From: an uncultured Planctomycetota bacterium
GTDB taxonomy: Bacteria > Planctomycetota > Planctomycetia > Isosphaerales > Isosphaeraceae
NCBI GenBank assembly: GCA_963737655.1
Contig: CAVTTN010000002.1
Location: 4,352,001 to 4,416,000 of the forward strand
Length of the DNA stretch: 64,000 nucleotides
Direction: 5' to 3'
Part shown: piece after piece, positions 61,020 through 64,000 of the stretch
Layout: each line of letters starts with the position of its first letter
Position numbering within the stretch: the first letter of the stretch is position 1
Notes under the pieces: generated by a model
Database searches by the model: none
What the model was told of the DNA's origin: nothing
Seen by the model: the letters and a program-made list of their open reading frames with translations, nothing else
Program-made: the position numbers and the translations under genes

Positions 61020-61304
61020 CTAGAGGGGCCGGACCTCGGTGTTCTCGTCCAGGGCGACGACGGTGATCTCGCCGTCGTCCTTGAGGAGGCGGAGGGTGGG
61101 CTGGCTGACGTACATCGCCTTGCCGCCCATCTCCATCCCGCCGACGGGCCGGAGGCCCTCGGCCTCGACCGTGCCGGTCACCTCGGTGGTCCAGCGGCGA
61201 TGCCCCACGCGGACGTGCTGGACCACGCGGACGGCCGTCCCGGGGGCGTATTTCGGAGGCGGAGGGGTCGGAATCATGAGGTCTCTCGGCTCAGGAGCGG
61301 ACAT
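61020..61304 (-). CDS. Small beta-rich hypothetical protein (SH3-like) inside the nuo cluster
   Basis: 94-aa ORF between nuoI and nuoA; YAPGTAVRVVQ...VTGTVE...LRLLKDDGEITVV. Confidence 0.7.
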   Translation of the reverse strand: MSAPEPRDLMIPTPPPPKYAPGTAVRVVQHVRVGHRRWTTEVTGTVEAEGLRPVGGMEMGGKAMYVSQPTLRLLKDDGEITVVALDENTEVRPL

Positions 61305-61361
61305 CCTAACGGTGGGGGCAGGCGGGGGCAAGGGGCGCGACCGGCGACTTTCGCCGGATCG

Positions 61362-62060
61362 TCACGCCTTCGCCTTCGAGGGGGCGGCGGCGGGCTTCGC
61401 GGCGGTCGCCCCGAGCGCCTTCTGGAGCCTCTGGTCCTTCTTCTTCTGGACCTTTCCGCGCTCGGTGACCTCGTCGGAGGACGCCCACGCCTCGGGGTGG
61501 GTCTTCGCGTAATACTCGGTGGAGACCAGCAAGTCCTGGAGGCTGAAGATGTGCGTCTGGTGCCTCTCGAAGTTCGAGAGCTCGAAGTTCTGGTCCATTT
61601 TGATGGCGTCGAACGGGCAATACTCGGAGCAGAGCCCGCAATTCATGCAGACGTCCATGTCGATGAAGAAGTCTTCGGGCAACGGCACGGGCGCGCCGTT
61701 GGGTCCCTGGGCGTGGGTCATCCAGATGCATTGCGGCGGGCAGACCTTCGCGCAGATGTTGCACGAGGTGCAGCGGACGTTGCCGTCGGCGTCGTCGTAG
61801 ACGAGCATCGGCAGCATGCGGAACCGCTCGTAGACCGGCAGGCGCTCGTCGGGGTACTCGACGGTGAAGAGGCCCTCGGTGGTGGCGTCCTGCCGGATCG
61901 TGGGCTGCGACCCCCGGGTCTTGGGGCCGAACCAGAGGTCGAAGAACTGGTGGCCGCCGCCTCGACGGCGGAGCGTGGCCCCGTCGCCGACGAAGAACGT
62001 GCGGACGAACCGACGGAGGGTCACCCAGTGGCCGATGAACAGGCCCTTGCCGAAGCTCAT
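61362..62060 (-). CDS. nuoI: NADH-quinone oxidoreductase subunit I (2 x [4Fe-4S])
   Basis: TVEYPDE, CTSCNICAKVCP and CMNCGLCSEYCPFDAI. Confidence 0.92.
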   Translation of the reverse strand: MSFGKGLFIGHWVTLRRFVRTFFVGDGATLRRRGGGHQFFDLWFGPKTRGSQPTIRQDATTEGLFTVEYPDERLPVYERFRMLPMLVYDDADGNVRCTSCNICAKVCPPQCIWMTHAQGPNGAPVPLPEDFFIDMDVCMNCGLCSEYCPFDAIKMDQNFELSNFERHQTHIFSLQDLLVSTEYYAKTHPEAWASSDEVTERGKVQKKKDQRLQKALGATAAKPAAAPSKAKA

Positions 62061-62707
62061 GAGGTCCTTCCTTTGTCGCCGACAGGTCCGGCGCCGACGG
62101 CCTCGGGGGCGTCGCCCGCGCAGTGGATGAGGATTCCGAGGATCTTGCCGATACGTTCGATGTGGTACTCGTGCTCATCCAGGGCCAGGGTCGCCCCATC
62201 GAGCCGGAGGAACTGCCAGAGCGATCCGGTGGTGACGGCCCCGTAGATCAGGTCGGCAGGCGACCCGTCCCTCTCGTTGAAGACCCGGGCGCCGACCATC
62301 GCGGCGGCGCACTGGCCCAGGCCGAGCTGGATGTTATCCCGTTTCGCCTCGATGACCACCAGGACCGGGGACACCAGGAACATCTGCTCGGGGGACCTCG
62401 CCAGGAGGAAGTCGCAGACGCCGGAGAGGCCCTGGGAGGCGTCGGCCGCCAGCTCGATCCCGGAGAACAGCGCGACGCGGCGGCCGAGGCGCTCGCGGAC
62501 CTCGACCAGGATCGGCGCCACGAGGAATTCCGATCGCGCCTTTTCCGTGTTATTGGCCAGCGCGAGCGGGTAGTTGCGGTTCAGGGTCCCCGTGAGGTAG
62601 TCGCCCTCCTCGGATTCCGGGACGTCGGCGAAGAGGTCCGGAGTCGGGACGACCGACAGGCCGAACCGGCGGGTGGCTTCCTTCAGGGTGAAATCGCCGT
62701 AAGACAT
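62057..62707 (-). CDS. PD-(D/E)XK-like hypothetical protein (HSDR_N-related), copy 1
   Basis: MSYGDFTL, EKARSEF, GVCDF, IEAK, GLGQC and YGAVTTG..W.FL; ATGA overlap with nuoI. Confidence 0.7.
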   Translation of the reverse strand: MSYGDFTLKEATRRFGLSVVPTPDLFADVPESEEGDYLTGTLNRNYPLALANNTEKARSEFLVAPILVEVRERLGRRVALFSGIELAADASQGLSGVCDFLLARSPEQMFLVSPVLVVIEAKRDNIQLGLGQCAAAMVGARVFNERDGSPADLIYGAVTTGSLWQFLRLDGATLALDEHEYHIERIGKILGILIHCAGDAPEAVGAGPVGDKGRTS

Positions 62708-62712
62708 GCCGA

Positions 62713-63576
62713 TCAACGCCCCCCCGGGTCGTCCGGGGCCTTGGCCTCGGACTTCTTCTTGGAGCGGCTCGACTTGGATTTCGACGACGGGGTCGCCGAA
62801 CCCTTCGAGGCCGCCGACGAGGGCGGTTCGGCGAGGCTGGGGTCGATCTTGGCGAGGTCGAACGGCTCGCCGAGCAGGGCGTTGAAGGCGTCCTTCTGGC
62901 CCTTGCTGAGGATCGCGCCGATCCGGCCGGAGGCGGTGTCGCGGATCATCGCGGCCTGGCGGCGGAGGGCCGGGCCCTGGGCGGCGTCGGCCTGGCCCAT
63001 CAGCGTCGCCTGCCGGGCCAGGGCGACGACCTGCCTCTGGCCGAGCCTCCATTCATTCACGATCTGGGAGATCCGCTCGTACTGATCGGGCTTGACCTTG
63101 ATCCGGGCGGAGACCTCGGGCCGGGAGACCGACAGCGGGCCTTCGATCCGGTAGACGATCTGCTGGAGCCGCTCGGTCTGCTTGGGCTTGAGGACCTCGC
63201 CCACGGCCTTCTCGTTCTCCTGGCGGAACCTGGACCACGCCGCGAACAGGGCCTCGGGGTCGTTCGCCCCGCCCAGGACCGACGCCCGGAACAGGTCGGC
63301 CCCTTTCATGGTCATTTCCTTGTAGATATCGAACACCTCGGTCTTCTGCTCGGCGGTCAGCTTCAATTCCTCCTGGACGGCCGGCGCCTGGATCACCAGC
63401 AAGACGTTCGCCCCCTCGGGCCCGAGGACGTTGCCGGTCCGGGACGACCGCGGGGAGGAAGACTTCGCCGCGGTATCCTCCCCCTTCGCGGAATCCTTCT
63501 CCTTCGCGGTTTGCGCCAGGCAGGGAACGGCCCAGGCCAGGAGGACCGCCAGCGCCGCCGGTCGGATCGTCGCCAT
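62713..63576 (-). CDS. Secreted helical protein with LTxxQ-like repeats
   Basis: Signal peptide; VQEELKLTAEQK, VLKPKQTERLQQI and ILSKGQK...LLGEPFD. Confidence 0.7.
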   Translation of the reverse strand: MATIRPAALAVLLAWAVPCLAQTAKEKDSAKGEDTAAKSSSPRSSRTGNVLGPEGANVLLVIQAPAVQEELKLTAEQKTEVFDIYKEMTMKGADLFRASVLGGANDPEALFAAWSRFRQENEKAVGEVLKPKQTERLQQIVYRIEGPLSVSRPEVSARIKVKPDQYERISQIVNEWRLGQRQVVALARQATLMGQADAAQGPALRRQAAMIRDTASGRIGAILSKGQKDAFNALLGEPFDLAKIDPSLAEPPSSAASKGSATPSSKSKSSRSKKKSEAKAPDDPGGR

Positions 63577-63623
63577 GAGTCGTTCCTCCCCAGGGGGCCG
63601 TGCTCTGCCGGGTCGATCCGCCT

Positions 63624-64000
63624 TCATGCCGCCCTCCCCCCGACGCAATGCAGGAGGATGGCGAGGATCTTGCCCGGGACGTCGATCGCGTATTCTTCAG
63701 GATCGAGGACGAGCTCGGATCGGTCGAGTCGCAGGAAACGCCAGGCCGTCCCGGTCGTCACGGCGCCGAAGACCGTCGATGGACCTTCGCCTTCGGTTTC
63801 ATTGAACGACTGGACGGCGACCATCTCGGCGGCGCACTGGCCCAGTCCTGGCTTGACGTTGTCGTTCTTCGCCTCGACGACGGCGAGGACCGGGGCCGTG
63901 ACGAGGACCTTCAATCGGGACTTCGTCAGCAGATAAGCGCAGACCCCGTTCAGTCCTCGGGCTTCGTCGACGTGGAATTCGACTCCCGAGAAGAATCCGA
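63624..64000 (-). CDS. PD-(D/E)XK-like hypothetical protein, copy 2 (5' truncated by window)
   Basis: Frame open to the window edge: FFSGVEF.VD..RGLNGVCAY, VEAK, GLGQC and FGAVTTG..WRFL; paralogue of 62057..62707. Confidence 0.7.
   Translation of the reverse strand, partial: GFFSGVEFHVDEARGLNGVCAYLLTKSRLKVLVTAPVLAVVEAKNDNVKPGLGQCAAEMVAVQSFNETEGEGPSTVFGAVTTGTAWRFLRLDRSELVLDPEEYAIDVPGKILAILLHCVGGRAA

Overview
A GC-rich bacterial chromosomal segment, most likely from a planctomycete of the Isosphaeraceae type (inferred from gene content and protein families, not from a marker gene). It holds about 60 genes. Housekeeping and metabolic genes include lexA, rnhA, pabB, pabC, a Nif3/DUF34 gene, M1, M28 and M90 peptidases and a GH51 arabinofuranosidase. 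Also present are a sigma54 two-component pair, a MazEF-type toxin-antitoxin pair, an exopolysaccharide cluster with two STAS proteins and a Wzc lacking Walker A, a Tat-exported PaoABC-like molybdoenzyme operon, and a partial rearranged complex I operon (nuoI-orf-A-H-J-K-N). About 14 single-base indels split 12 otherwise intact genes, which points to an unpolished long-read assembly rather than pseudogenes. Non-coding features are a ~180-nt rod-shaped RNA with its own promoter (6S-like, 45552-45733, minus strand) and four families of REP/MITE-like inverted repeats, one of which encloses a 7 x 14-bp tandem array. The best leads are an SH3-like small protein inside the complex I operon (a possible NdhS-like ferredoxin dock), a Cys-rich mini-protein after an FAD subunit that has lost its own [4Fe-4S] cysteines, the structured RNA, and STAS control of the EPS locus. 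No CRISPR array, rRNA, tRNA or transposase was seen. All functional calls come from motif recognition by eye; no searches were run.
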